DNA of 64,000 nt from Narcine bancroftii (GCF_036971445.1 NC_091480.1:99634001-99698000), one strand, 5' to 3'. Numbered from the stretch's first letter, positions 11,157 through 23,767 are shown. Notes: generated from the letters alone by a model not told the origin. Made by a program: numbers and translations.

Positions 11157-12423
11157 GCCTGCAAATTACTCATTCACTCCAGACCCTGGTGTTGAAACTG
11201 TTCCCTTGATCAGACCTGACCATATTTCACCTTCACGCTGACTTACTGACCGGTTGTGCTGGTCAGTCCTCCAACATTTCATACCATCGTCCCCATTGCG
11301 CCTGACGGTGTGGATACTTCCCCTAATCACTTGTGGCTCTACCTTTGGACCTGTCACACAGGAAACCACTGCTTTTAGCCAATCTCTCTCAGTGTCTGAT
11401 TCCTCATTGGTGTCATTCTTCATACTTTGTACCCAGTTATGATCCCCCTGACAATATTTAACCGTCGGCCTATTACATCGAACACGTTTAATCCCTGGTG
11501 CCTGTTTTGTGTACTGGTGAGTGGACCTGCCAATATTTGCACCCCTTGAACCAATGACCTCACCCTATTTGTCCTGTCTTGTCCATTACACCTGATACTA
11601 CATCAATTCACCAATTACATCTAACTGAACAAACAACCCTGAAGGGGTAAAACAAGTCTGGAGACATCATGGCTGAAGTAGAAATACAACGCTGGAGAAA
11701 CTCATCAGGTCAAGCAGTGTCCTTTATGTAGCAAAGATAAAGATACATAGAACATTACACCACAGCACAGGCCCTTTGGCCCTCAATGTTGTGCCGATCT
11801 ACATATTCCTACCAAAAAAAAGTACTAAACCGTCCCTACCCCATGACTCAATATTTTCCCTTCATCCATGTGCCTGTCCAAAAGTCTCTTAAATTCCCCC
11901 AATGTTCCAGCCTCCACCACCATCCCTGACAAGGCATTGCAGGTACCCACAATTCTGTGTTTTAAAAAAAAAGAACCCCTGACGTCTCCCTAAACTTCTC
12001 TCCCTTTACTTCGTACATATGTCCTCTAGTGTTTGCTCCTTCTGTCCTGGGAAAAAGCGCTGGTTGTCCACCCTTTCTATGCCTCTTCATCAAGGTATGA
12101 GCAACATGTAGGCAGGCAGTCGATGAAGGGATCAAACCTGAAACGTTGGTTCTGTATCCTTTCTCTGTAAAGGACACTGACCTGCTGAGTTTCTCCAGCT
12201 TTTTTTTAATTAAAACATTCCTGAAGGCCTTTACTACCCTGAGCCCAACACACCTGTCACTTGCATTTCATGCATGTACTGTTAGTACTTACCTGATCAC
12301 ACTGAAGCATAGTCAGACACAGAACCTTGAGCCCCTTTGGGAATGGCAGTTTTGAATGCGTTTAGTTAAATCTGACTCTTGTTTCATTATTTAAAAACCA
12401 TGATGATGCGTTATTGTTTCCAG

Positions 12424-12601
12424 GGGAGTGATGAGTGATGGAGCCCGCCACTGCTTTGAGAAGAAAGGAGTGGTGACAGTGAATGGCTGGGATCAGAACG
12501 GTCAGGATATTCAGCTGGAACGTGCTCTGGAGTTGGCAATTGAATCTGGAGCAGAAGATGTTAAACAGGTTGAGGATGAAGAAGATAGAGTCCTGCTGAA
12601 G
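12424..12601 (+). CDS. TACO1: TACO1 coding exon 4
   Basis: gtttccag| [17 protein letters not shown]...[13 protein letters not shown]...LLK |gtgaga; 178 nt; phases 2->0. Confidence 0.95.
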
Positions 12602-12837
12602 GTGAGAAAACAATGTCACTCCTAACTCTACGTCGGGCCTCCACCTGCAGCCCTCTGGGAAGATTGAGTGACATGTACTGTCCTGTTTGTGTCTAACCAT
12701 TTAATAGCCATGCAAAGGTAGTGGATGAGCAGAGCTTCTCTTCAGACACTTTCCATGCCAAGTACAACATGAATTAAAGCTCCAGGGCAGAACAAGAGAT
12801 TTAGGAGAACTAGAAGGGGACATGAGAAGCCTCGACA

Positions 12838-12990
12838 TGTTACAGCACCAGCATCCGGGGTTCGAATCCGCCATTGTCTATAAGGGGTGTGTGCGCTCTC
12901 TCCATGTCTGCATGGGTTTTCCTTGGGTGCTCTAGTTTCCTCCCACCATTCAAAACATACCAGGGACACAAGGGACAATTTAACCCATCT
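12838..12990 (+). mobile_element. V-SINE copy with intact Pol III B-box
   Basis: GGTTCGAATCC at ~12859-12869 followed by the family core. Confidence 0.7.
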
Positions 12991-12999
12991 TTTTAAAAA

Positions 13000-14260
13000 G
13001 AGGCCTTGGCAAGTAGGATTACGGAAAATCTTAAGGCATTCTATATGTACATGAAGAACTGGAGGATTACCAGATGGAAGATAAGGCCACTTGGGATAAA
13101 GGGGGAACTGTGCCTGGCAGTAGCAGAAGTTCTCATTGAATACTTTACTTCATTGTTCACCAGGGATAGGGACCTTGACAAATGTGAGGTCACCATAGAA
13201 CAGGTTAATGTGCTGGAGCACGCCGAGGCTAAGAAAGAGAAAGTTTTGGAACTTCTGAAAAAATTTGAATAGACAAGTACCAGGACCGGTCCCTGATATA
13301 GAGATATCCCTGATATCTTTGTCTCATATCAATGCTGAATAAACCCACTGAGTTCCTCCAGCATTTCAGTGTTTTTACTGTCCTTGATATAGCCAAAGTT
13401 AGTACAGGGAATGAGGGAAGACATTGATAGGGGGTTAACAATGATCTTTGTGTCCTCTCTGGACATTGGAGAGGTGCCAGAAGATTGGGGGGAGGCAAAT
13501 TTTGTCCTGTGGTGTAAGGTAATTGGGGTAATCCTGGGAATAATAGAACAGAGAGTCTTGTGTCATTGGTAGAAAAATTATTGGAGAGGATTCTGAAGGC
13601 CTGGATTTACAGACAAGCATTTGGAGAAGCATAGTCTTATCAGGGATAGTCAGCTTGTGAGGGGCACAAGCCTAATTGAGTCTTTCAAGAAAGTAACATT
13701 GATGATGAATGTGGTGTATCTGGATTTTAGGTTGGCACTTGACAAGGCCCCCCATGGTAGATTCATCCAGAAAGTCATGAGGCATGGGATCCACGAAAAC
13801 CGGGCTGCATGGCTTGCTCACAGGGAGGATGGTGGTCGATGGAAAGTTGAACCTTTGAGCAGTACATTTGCAGTAATCAACCTTCCACATCAAATGGAAC
13901 CGGAACAATGTGAGAAATATGCTCAAGCACAGAACAGTTAGTTTTCCAAATCCCATCCGATCTCTTCCACTTAATAGAAGTGTATAAAATTATGAGGGGC
14001 TTAGATAGGGTGAACAGCCAGCAGCTTTTCCTGGGGTGACAACAGCAAATCCCAGAGGACACGTGTTTCAGGTAAGGGGTGGAAAGTTTAGAGAAGATGT
14101 CAGAGAGTGATGGAATGCTTTGCCAGAGATGGTGGTGGAGGCTGGTGCAATAGGGACATTCAGAAGACTCTTGGATAGCCTCAAGGATGAAAGAAAAATA
14201 GTTGTGGGTTTAAGATAGGGAAGGATTCAGTTTACATTGTGGGCCAAAGGGCCTGCTGCA
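13000..14260 (+). mobile_element. Degenerate CR1 LINE ORF2 fragments
   Basis: KAFYMYMK, VVYLDFRLALDKAPH and LIEVYKIMRGLDRV-type CR1 motifs. Confidence 0.7.
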
Positions 14261-14399
14261 GTGGTCTTTTGATAAAAGAGTAGGATTGTATTAATATGTG
14301 GAAAACTAGGACATGGGAGAAAATTACTACTCTTTGGGTAAAATTAAAAAAGGTACATGAGCCATATGTCATCTGTGGTTTTTTTTAATTGTTTTTCAG

Positions 14400-14603
14400 T
14401 TTGTTTGTGACTTGTCCTCATTGCAAGAGGTGTGGGAGAGGTTGAATGCACATGGACTGCAAATTGTTCATTTTGGACCTGAATTTATCGCCACCACAAC
14501 TGTCCAGCTAACCGAGGAAGATTTGGAGGCAGCATTTTGCCTGATTGAGCTGATCAATGAGAATCAGGACGTTATGAAAGTCTACGATAATGTCAATAAC
14601 TGA
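14400..14603 (+). CDS. TACO1: TACO1 coding exon 5 (last)
   Basis: tttttcag| FVCDLSSL...DVMKVYDNVNN*; typical YebC C-terminus; total CDS 927 nt in frame. Confidence 0.95.
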   Translation, partial: FVCDLSSLQEVWERLNAHGLQIVHFGPEFIATTTVQLTEEDLEAAFCLIELINENQDVMKVYDNVNN

Positions 14604-15171
14604 GGAGGAGAAGTCTTTGTGCACATTGTGAACCATTATCACCGAGTTTGTACTGAGACTCTTTGAGGACTATTTCAACTCATGGAGCCCTCTCCATTCT
14701 GCCAACAACGTGTTGCAGCAATGACCTTGTGGTTGTGTGATGAATGGTAATGACTAATTATGAATCTTTATCCATTGGTTTTCATCCTCTCCCTGAAGCC
14801 TTTGAGGGTGCAGTTTCATAACCACAACCTGCTTTGCAGCCCCTTATCTGAATTCCTCTTCTTTGTGCAGACAAGGGGTTTTTATGACCACACTTTCTTA
14901 TCTGTTCACCAACTGAAGATGGGATCGATGACTCCTGAGTTAGATCGGACTACTGCAGACCTTGTCTGATCATGAAGAAAGGTCCCCTGGTTGGTAGGGT
15001 GACCTGTTTCCCCCATAGCCTCGTCCTCCAGAGGAGGAGGAAATCGGCCGTGATTTTAAAAATTTCTGAACTGTCTAATCCAATTTCAAGTGGGATTTTT
15101 GTGCGTGACCTGAACATTACTTAAGATATTAAACCCCAGGTGGGACTCAAGCAAAGCTCTGAAGTCCCCCA

Positions 15172-15177
15172 AATAAA
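15172..15177 (+). terminator. Candidate TACO1 polyadenylation signal
   Basis: First AATAAA I found downstream of the stop, with U/GU-rich sequence ~40 nt later. Confidence 0.5.
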
Positions 15178-16924
15178 GAGCAAGATATAATAGTAACCAA
15201 ATATCACCAATATTTGTTTCCCTGGTCTAGTGTTGCTCACTCAGATGACATGTTTACGGGGAACTTCATGCAGATAGTGGTGAGAGTGTGGCGGATGCAT
15301 GTTCGATTTCAACATTTAAGGAAAGATTGGACAGGTGCATGGATGAGAGGTGTATGGAGGCCTATGGTCTGGGTGCATGTTGGTGGGACAAGATGGATTA
15401 AATAGTTTGCTATGTACTAGATGGGCTGAAGGGCCTATCGTGCTCTTTGGTCTAAGAACAGCAATATATTTTTAATCAGGATGATGTCATGGTCTTCCCA
15501 TGTGCCTACTGGCCTTGATGTTAGAGGCTCGTGAAGTAAGAATGGCCCAGACAAGTAACGCAGTGCATTTTAATACTCAGTGCAAATACAACGAAAGGGG
15601 TAGTAGATGATGTATGTACGTCCTGCCTGTTAGTTTTTCTGAAAGTCATTGGAGCTTCACTCATCCAAGCTAATAGAATGTTCAGTCACACACCTGATTT
15701 AGACATATGGAGATGTCCAGACAGTCCAACGTCTTCACTGGCTAGTGAGCACCTTTCTGTATTAACCCCATTGCCCGGAACTTGGTCCATAACTCTCTGT
15801 GTCTAAACAATTCAGGTGATCATCTGGATACTTCTTGACTGCTGTTTGCAACTGACCTTCCAGGTACGAACCACTCTCTGGATGAAAAAGGCCCCCAAGT
15901 ATCCGCCTGAACCTCTTTCACCCCTGCCCTAAAACTATGTCCACTAGTTTTATAGGGTAGATGGCAGGAAACTTTTCCCAATCTATATAGCTCACAATTT
16001 TGTATGCCTTAATCATGTCCCCTCTTAACCTCCTCTGCTGCAGGGAGAGAAGACAACTTTAAAAAAAAATTTTTAGACATACAGCGCAGAAACAGGCCCT
16101 TCTGTCCCACAAGCCTGTGCCACCCAATTAACTGAAAACCCCAGAATGTCTTTGAACAGTAGGAGGAAACCAGAGCAACCAAAAGAAACCCACACAGACT
16201 TGGGGAGAATGTACAAACTCCTTATAGACAGCACCGGATTCGAATGGTCGCCACCGCTGTAAAATCATTGCACTAATTACCACACTAAACATGCAGCCCA
16301 AAAGACTACGGACTTCTCCATTCTCTCCTAAATGTTCCATCCCATCCCTGGCCACATCCTAGTGAATCTTTTCTACACTTGCGGCTTGCAGCGGGAGGAA
16401 AGGGTTTGGGTTGTCAGAAGGTGCCTCCCTCGCCAGTGTACCCAGCATCTGACCTGCTCTTGTCACCACTATTGGTTCCAGTGAAGTGTCTGGACATTCG
16501 TGACCCCTGGAGTGTTGACGCTGGTTTGGGATAGTATTTCCATTAATGTTGAGGCTGGGTGGTTGGACACCTCCTCTTGGAGGTGAGCACTGGCCAGCAT
16601 TTCTGTGGTGTAAATGCTAATTTTCCAATTCTCACTTCGTGCCTGAAGGTGGTTCATGTCTTGGATGTGAGTGCAGTCCTCTTTATTGTGGGTATCATGC
16701 AGACGCTAGTGAACATCCACACTCCCTTCTGTCCATTGGAAGAGATGCCATGGGAGAGGCAGCCAAATGATTGGGCCTGGACGCTTCTCCACGGAGCTCT
16801 CACTACCAATGTCCAGTGGCTGGGACGAATGACCACAATTACATTCCATTGTACAAACTATGATTGCAATCAGTCAATGATGGCGACTTGATTGGTCTAC
16901 TCCAGAAAGTCATCCCACTTTCTC

Positions 16925-18615
16925 TAAGACAAAGGGGTAGCCACGGGCACCATATACCTGTCTTTTTGTTGGCAATGCGGAGCAACACATGCTGCCAGCC
17001 TACACAGGCAAGGCTCCTCAACTCTTCCTCCACTACATTGATGACTACATCAGTGCTGCCTCATGCACCCTCGATGAGCTTGTCAACCTTATTCACTTTG
17101 TTGCTAACTTCCACCCTGACTTCAAATTCATGGTCCATTTCTGGCAACACTCCCCTTTCTCAATCTCTGTCTTTATCTCAAGAGATGACCTACCTCCGTT
17201 CCCTTTTCACACAGTCCCCATAAGGATTCTTTTGTTTTCTTTCAATTCCTCTGCCTCCATTGCATCTGCTCCCAGGATGTGGTCTTCCATTCCACAACAT
17301 CTGAGATGTGATCCTTCTTCAAAAGATGTGGCTTCCCTTCTACTGCCATCAACTTAAACCTTACCCACATTTCCCGCACCTCCACCTCCTCAAGATGCGA
17401 CAAGGACAGGATTCCCCTTATTCTCACCTACCAGCCTCTGCATCCAACATATTATTCTACACTATTACCACTAGCAGACATATCTCCTTCCCTTTCTGTT
17501 TTCCACAGGGACTGCTCCCTCCAGGACTTCCTCATCCACTCATCCCTCAGTACCTACTCCTGTGACTGCAAGAAATGCCTCACTTGTACCTGTGAGAGAT
17601 AATAGATTATAGGAAGTAAAGTTAGTATGAATGAAATAAAGAATAATAGACTAGAGGAAGTTAAGTAAGTGCTGAATAGGGATGAATTCCGATAGAGTGT
17701 GAGGAAGGGTTACGCAAGTATAATAGAAGAAGGGTCTTGTACTAATAGAAAGAATTAGCAACTTCTGGGGGTTGAGATGTTTGAATAAGAACAAAGGCAG
17801 ATTCATGAATAAGGCCAATGACATGATGGGACCCAGACAGGATACCCCCATGGTCTTTCAAGTTTACAGAAACTGCACGTAGGCAGACAGAATTACCAAA
17901 TGCCAAACCAATCCAGGAGGCAGAAGAATGTTAAGGGGGGGGGGGGGGGATATCTCTACACTGAAATGAACTGTATAAAAGTTGGGTGAGCCCCAGTATG
18001 TGTGTGTATTCCCATGGTAAGGGGAAGCACCCAACTTTGCACTATTGTACACTAAATGTTCTCAGTTTTTGTCTCGAGCGAAATCTGTGAAGGTACTTCT
18101 GTCTCTCACACACCCACACCTTGACCCCCCACAATTGGGATCTCGAAACAGTTCCTCCAAATAAAGCAGCATTTCATCTGTGAATCTGCAGAGACCTCCC
18201 AGTAGCCAACCTTTCAATTTCACACCTCATTCCTCTACCAACATGACTGGCCATGGCCTTGTGCAGTGCTAAACGGAGGCTACCTACAAACTGAAAGAAC
18301 AGCCAGATGGCATTAACGTTGACCTCCAGTTTCCGTTAAACCTCTCCCCCCATCACTCGCTTTTTTCTCCTACCTTCCTACCTGATTCCATGTATGACCT
18401 GATGGCCTCTCCTTCTCCCACCTTATTATTTAGATGAAACCAGGATGCTGGAGAAACTCAGCAGGTCAAACAGGGCATCTTGTGTAGCAAAGATAAAGAT
18501 ACATCACCATCGATTCGGGCTTGAGCCCTTCATCAAGGTCACCTTTATCTTTGCTCCATAATGGACACCGTTTGACCTGCTGCATTGCACGACAAGCCCC
18601 AGCGTCTGCAGACTT
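16925..18615 (+). mobile_element. Penelope-like element remnant (RT, GIY-YIG end, terminal repeats), interrupted by a solo LTR
   Basis: KGVA.G...AYTGKAPQLFLHYIDDYI (YIDD RT motif); PVANLFNF..KLKEQ..GIN GIY-YIG tail; palindromic terminus at 18443-18615. Confidence 0.75.
17591..18110 (+). mobile_element. Solo LTR (Gypsy-like), 520 bp
   Basis: TGTGAGAGA...TCTCTCACA inverted termini; 4-bp flanks tacc/cacc; TATAAAA at 17974; interrupts the Penelope sequence cleanly. Confidence 0.75.
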
Positions 18616-18839
18616 TCCTGTGGAAATGCAAGCCCCTTCTCCATTCTTATCCTGTCTATCCATTCATAGGGCCATTGCTTGGACCTAATACGATCTCTCT
18701 GGGTCTTTTGCACAGCTGGGCGTGCAGATGATCACGGCCCGGACCCCCTCCAACCTGCTCTTCACCTCTGCCAGGGTCAATTTGCGGGCAGTGCTGGAGT
18801 TGTGGATCTGATGGGTTCCAGTTTCTGTCAATTAATAGG

Positions 18840-19438
18840 ATCCAACCAATACGAGTGCTCAGCTGTCAGGTTCTTCAAAATGATTGGCGATCTTCGGTCC
18901 GTTATTGAGATGTTGGTCACCAATTAAATCTCAAGGTCCCACACTAGACCCGCCCCGTTCATGCATATTCATTCCGTTGGCCTCCATCTTCTTGAAATCT
19001 AATTGGTGAATCTCATAGTCCGTGAATATATTTTGCAAATTGACGAATCAGATGCAAGGGTTTGACAGCGAGGCTGCATGCCATTGTTCCAAATCGTTGT
19101 CATTCACCCAACGGACCAACCCCAATTATTTCTGTTCAGATGTAATTGGCTACTGGACCTGTCCATCCGCTTGAGGCTCAAACCAGTCGCAACGTGCCAA
19201 CGGTCCGCCCGGCCACCCAACGCCTGCATTTGATTGGGTTATCTCCGACGTCGATCTTGGCACCCACTGGCCCGCCCTCCAATGCGCCGCCGCGATTGGC
19301 TGCGACCACTGTCAGTCGCCGGCCGGTTTCCGCTGTGAGTTTGAGCGGGTTATTGTTGTGAGCGGCGGCAGCGGGTTGACGGTGAAGGCCGGGCCGGGCC
19401 GGGGCAGGTGGGGCGTCGAGCAGGCCTCCCCTCCCAAG
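18840..19438 (+). promoter_or_regulatory. DCAF7 CpG-island promoter/5' UTR with clustered CCAAT and GC boxes
   Basis: CCAAT/ATTGG at 18846, 18883, 18920, 19002, 19122, 19145, 19233, 19279, 19295; CCGCCC ~18950, 19205, 19272. Confidence 0.75.
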
Positions 19439-19735
19439 ATGAGCATGCACGGCAAGAGGAAGGAGATCTACAAGTATGAGGCGCCGTGGACGGTGTACGC
19501 CATGAACTGGAGCGTGCGGCCCGACAAGCGCTTCCGCCTGGCGCTCGGCTCCTTCGTGGAGGAGTACAACAACAAGGTGCAGGTGGTGGGCCTGGACGAG
19601 GACAGCTCCGAGTTCATGTCCCGCAACACCTTCGACCACCCCTACCCCACCACCAAGATCATGTGGATCCCTGACACCAAGGGCGTCTACCCCGACCTGC
19701 TCGCCACCTCCGGCGACTACCTGCGCGTCTGGAGG
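19439..19735 (+). CDS. DCAF7: DCAF7 (WDR68/HAN11, WD40 scaffold) coding exon 1
   Basis: MSMHGKRKEIYKYEAPWTVYAMNWSVRPDKRFRLALGSFVEEYNNK...LATSGDYLRVWR |gtaagg; 297 nt. Confidence 0.97.
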
Positions 19736-19794
19736 GTAAGGCCAGGCCGAGGCCCCGCCGCCTAGGGAGGGGGGAGGTGCTCAGGAGGGAGACA

Positions 19795-20170
19795 GGGGGT
19801 GGGGTGGGGTGGGGGGAGAGAGAGTGGGGGTGGTGGGGAGAGGGTGGGGGTGGGGAGAGGGTGGGGGTGGGGAGAGGGTGGGGGTGGGGAGAGAGTGGGG
19901 GTGGGTGTGGGGAGAGAGTGGGGGTGGTGGGGGGAGAGAGGGGGGGTGGGGGGAGAGAGGGGGGGTGGGGGGAGAGAGGGGGGGTGGGGGGAGAGAGGGG
20001 GGTGGGGGAGAGAGAGGGGGGTGGGGGGAGAGAGGGGGGTGGGGGGAGAGAGGGGGGGTGGGGGGAGAGAGGGGGGTGGGGGGAGAGAGGGGGGGTGGGG
20101 GGAGAGAGGGGGGTGGGGGGAGAGAGGGGGGGTGGGGGGAGAGAGGGGGGTGGGGGGAGAGAGGGGGATT
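19795..20170. repeat. G-rich ~18-19 bp minisatellite (ggggtggggggagagagg)
   Basis: Tandem units at the start of DCAF7 intron 1; strong G4 potential on the sense strand. Confidence 0.9.
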
Positions 20171-20489
20171 GGTGGGGAAGAGGGCTGGTGGGGGCAGGTG
20201 GAGAGAAAAGAGGTGAAGAACAAAGTTGAGGATGGTTCAACACTTTTTTGTTTCTGTCTATTGTCTGGTTGTGAGTCTTTATGTTTTGCACTGAGGACTA
20301 GAGAATTCTGTTTCATTGGATGGTACTTGTGTATTTGGAGGCCATTTCAACTCTTGTGCTTGTTTCCAGACCTGTATGAATTATCCCTGAAGTACATTTT
20401 TTCATCTTCCACTTCCACCTGCACACTGGTGTTGATTTACAGTAGCCAATTAACTCATCTTTGATATGAAATGGGGATAAACGAATGAA

Positions 20490-21360
20490 AACTACAGTGA
20501 GAACGTGCTTACATCACAGACTCTGCTGGAGCTCCAAACTGCATGTGATCCCATCTCCTTCCCCTCCTCTCTCTCCACCTTCTGCGAGGACTGCTCCCTT
20601 TCTGACTCTCATGTCAACTCCTCCCTCCCCACCAATCATCCTCTTGGTACCTATCCCTGTGACTCCACTTGTGCCCACACCTCTTCCCTCACCAACATTT
20701 GGGGTCCAAAACAGTCCTTCCTAGTGAAACAGCATTTCACTTCTGAATCAGCAGGAGTCATTGCACCCCGTTCTCCCGTTGTGGTCTCCTACGTTTGAGA
20801 GAGTGGACACAAACTCTGAAATGTAGGCCATGAACAGATGTCAGCAAGGAAATGGAATGGAGAATTGAAGTGGGTGGCCACTGGGAGATCCATGTTGTTA
20901 AAGTGGACAGAGCAAAGGTGCTCAACGAATCGATCTCCCGTGGCCACCCACTTCAATTCTCCATCCCATTCCTTTGCTGACAGATCTGTTCACGGTCTCG
21001 TGCACTGCCAGACTGAGACCACCTGCAAATTGGAGGAACAACACTTCATCTTCTGATGGCATCCTCCAACCAGATGGCATTAACATTGACTTCTCTGGTT
21101 TCAGTTAAACCCTCTCTTCCCCCATAATCTTCATCTCCATGTCTCCTCTAGTTCTGTCTGTAACTCTCTTCCCTTTGCCCTATCTCCTTTCACAGAGCGA
21201 AAAACAATCTCATTTTTCTCTTTTGTCTGTTGGTCTGAACTCCTCCCTCTCCCGGTCTTTAATTCAGACTGCCTGCTTTTTGCTTATACTCAAGTCTGAA
21301 ACATCAGTAATATATCATTACCTCCTAATGAGAATGGCTGAGTTCCTCCAGCGTTTATCG
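20490..21360 (+). mobile_element. Penelope-like element 3' region (GIY-YIG endonuclease end) with internal inversion
   Basis: PVATHFNSPSHS.AD.SVHGLVHCQTETTCKLEEQHFIF...QPDGINIDFSGF. Confidence 0.75.
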
Positions 21361-23158
21361 CTTTCTGTAGCTGGAGCTGTGAGGCAGGAAATTTACTAAC
21401 TATGCTGTTGTGGATCATGGTTCACTTCAGTACCCTGTACTCACTTCCTCATTCCCTTTGAGCTTAGTTTTGCAAATTGTATCTTCCACCCAGATTTAAT
21501 GCTTGTTGCCTGCTGTAGTGGAGAATTCTTCTGGTTCATTGCATTTTGGCCAAAGAAGTGCTTTTCATGGTATACCCCTTGTCCAGAGGCTGTGACCTAG
21601 GTCCTCCCTGTATCCAGAGGAAGCAGAGGGATGCTGGAGGAACTTGTTGAGTCAGACAGTATTTATGGGGAGAAATGGTCAGTGAATGATTTTTTTTATT
21701 CAGACTATTTTATAGACTTCTGTGAACTTCATTCTCCTATACCCCAACGAATATAGTCCTAACCAATCCAGTTATTCCTTGTGTGTCAATGAAGATAAAC
21801 GTTCCATTATTGTCATGTAATGCTACATTTAGAATGTAACAGTGCAACTCCAATTATCCAAAGTGTTCAGGATTAGATCTATATCGGATAAAGTTTTTTT
21901 GGGAGAACTGGTCAATTTTTAAAAACAGCCCAGTGGCAAAAGCAAATCACTTATATCAATGTTTAAACAACAAGGGAAGGCTTTTTAAGCATTAAAATAA
22001 TGTTTAATTCTCACCTGGAATTCATTGCTGGGGTGGTGGTGGAGGCTGAAACGTTAGGGGAATTTAAGAGACTCCTAAGAGTCTCATGGATGGAAGAAAT
22101 ATAGAGGGTTTACAAGGTAGGAAAGATTTAGTATTTTTATATGGGTCAGCCCAACATTGTGGGCCAAAGGGCCTGTGCTGTGCTGTAATGTTATATGTTG
22201 TAAGGAGGGACAATCCAGTAATTAAAAGTGTGCTATCTTTCATTTAAAAGGTTTATCAAGGATGGTCAGCAAAGACTTGCTAAGGGAACTTTGTTAATGT
22301 CAAATTTGGAATGCAAAGCATGTTTGATGGAGGCAGTCTGTTAGATCTTGGACAGGATTTTAATAAAGTCCAATGTGGTCGGGTGCTCAAAAAAGTAATT
22401 GCTGAACAAATCAGTTGGAAAGTGATGGCAAAGGTGCTCTGTGGTTAGTAAGGGTATGAGAAAATAAGGTTGAGAAGCACTGGTTTAATCCTAAATAGAA
22501 GATTGCACATGAAACAAAATTTCAGAGGTTTAAAAAAACTTTCAACTGCAGAAAAAAATCCAGGGCACGATCAGATGGGCAGAAGATTGTTGAGTGGTGT
22601 TTAATCCAGTGAAGAAAGGGACCGATGTGGAGGAACAGGATGATCTTGGATTGTATATCTAGAAATTACCAGAGGTAACAGGAAAGGTCAAAAGGGTAGT
22701 TAACAAGCCATGAGAGTTGATTTCTTGTAGCCAAAGCATGCAGTACAAGAGAAGGAACTGCACATTTTGGTATTCGTACTAAAGCTTAACCACTGTTTGA
22801 AGTTCTGATCACAGGAACGATGTGATTTGATTTTGGTGCAGAGATTTATGAAGGTAGCCAGCACTGAAAGCTGTAGGGTAATCTGGGGATTTCTTTCCTA
22901 AGAGAAACTGAACTGAGTATAAAATGGGAAGAATTAATTCCCAGGATGGGTTAAAAACCAGGGGGCATGATTTTAACTTGGTAAATTAGATGGGAGGAGG
23001 AGGAGTCGAGCTCAGCCTGAAAGGGAGAGATATCATCCTTGCATTGAGGCAGGACTAGTGGAGAAAAGTGGGATGAGGTGCAGATCTAACTGGCCAATCA
23101 GCCTCCACTGATGTCGTTCTCATGATTTGATTCTATAATGGCTGCTTTTTAAAAAAAA

Positions 23159-23162
23159 TATA

Positions 23163-23199
<37 letters not shown>

Positions 23200-23200
23200 C
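23159..23200. repeat. (AT)n microsatellite
   Basis: atatatat run with a short gtgtgt interruption. Confidence 0.9.
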
Positions 23201-23431
23201 TATCAATATTTGTTCATACTTTGGATTCGACCTCATTCCAGCATTGGATATGGTGATTTCTCCAGTTAGCAAATTGCCTGCTGATGCTCAAAATTCACTG
23301 GAGGCAATTCTGTCTCTGATTCAGAAGGAGCCTTGGACTCGAGGATGATTTGGGGGTTAGACAGAGGAGTGATGGCATTATAAGATTGGGACAAGTTGTG
23401 CAAGTGATGAATATTTTCTTAAATGTTCTAG

Positions 23432-23543
23432 GTGAGCGACACCGAAACCCGTCTGGAATGCTTACTAAACAATAACAAGAACTCCGACTTCTGTGCACCT
23501 CTGACGTCATTTGACTGGAATGAAGTGGATCCAAATCTCTTGG
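23432..23543 (+). CDS. DCAF7: DCAF7 coding exon 2
   Basis: ttctag| [38 protein letters not shown] |gtaagg; 112 nt. Confidence 0.97.
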
Positions 23544-23767
23544 GTAAGGAAGAGCTGCACACTAAGTACTGCCTTTCAGCTAATTACACATCTTCTGGAA
23601 ATTTTGGTGATGGCTGGTTCAATTTTGTGCAACTTGATCGACAAATGTTGGTGTCTTTCCACAGTTTTTGGGTAGAACCTATGTAGTGATGCCAGACAGT
23701 CTTGCAGAGCAGACAGATGATTGCCCAGGGGAGATCTGTAGCTGTGAGTGAACAGAACTCCCTTGAG

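Noticed and set aside
10710-11241. 161/175-aa repeat-protein ORFs
   Set aside because: Products of a 96-bp tandem repeat in an intron; non-ATG starts, no recognised domain or splice context
12838-12990. tRNA gene (GGTTCGAATCC B-box)
   Set aside because: Embedded in the SINE family found many times in the window; no complete cloverleaf
14601-14760. TGA readthrough/SECIS in the TACO1 3' UTR
   Set aside because: Stop lies at the normal family C-terminus; no readthrough context or convincing SECIS stem
19358-19438. GTG-initiated 27-aa N-terminal extension of DCAF7
   Set aside because: Open frame is expected in a GC-rich UTR; poor start context; the conserved protein starts at MS(M/L)HGKRK
19178-19639. 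153-aa antisense ORF over DCAF7 exon 1
   Set aside because: Shadow ORF caused by extreme GC3 codon usage of the sense exon
19659-20464. Long Pro-rich and Gly/Glu/Arg-rich ORFs (also 37-435 and 63224-63997)
   Set aside because: Translations of G/C-run minisatellites that lack stop codons by composition
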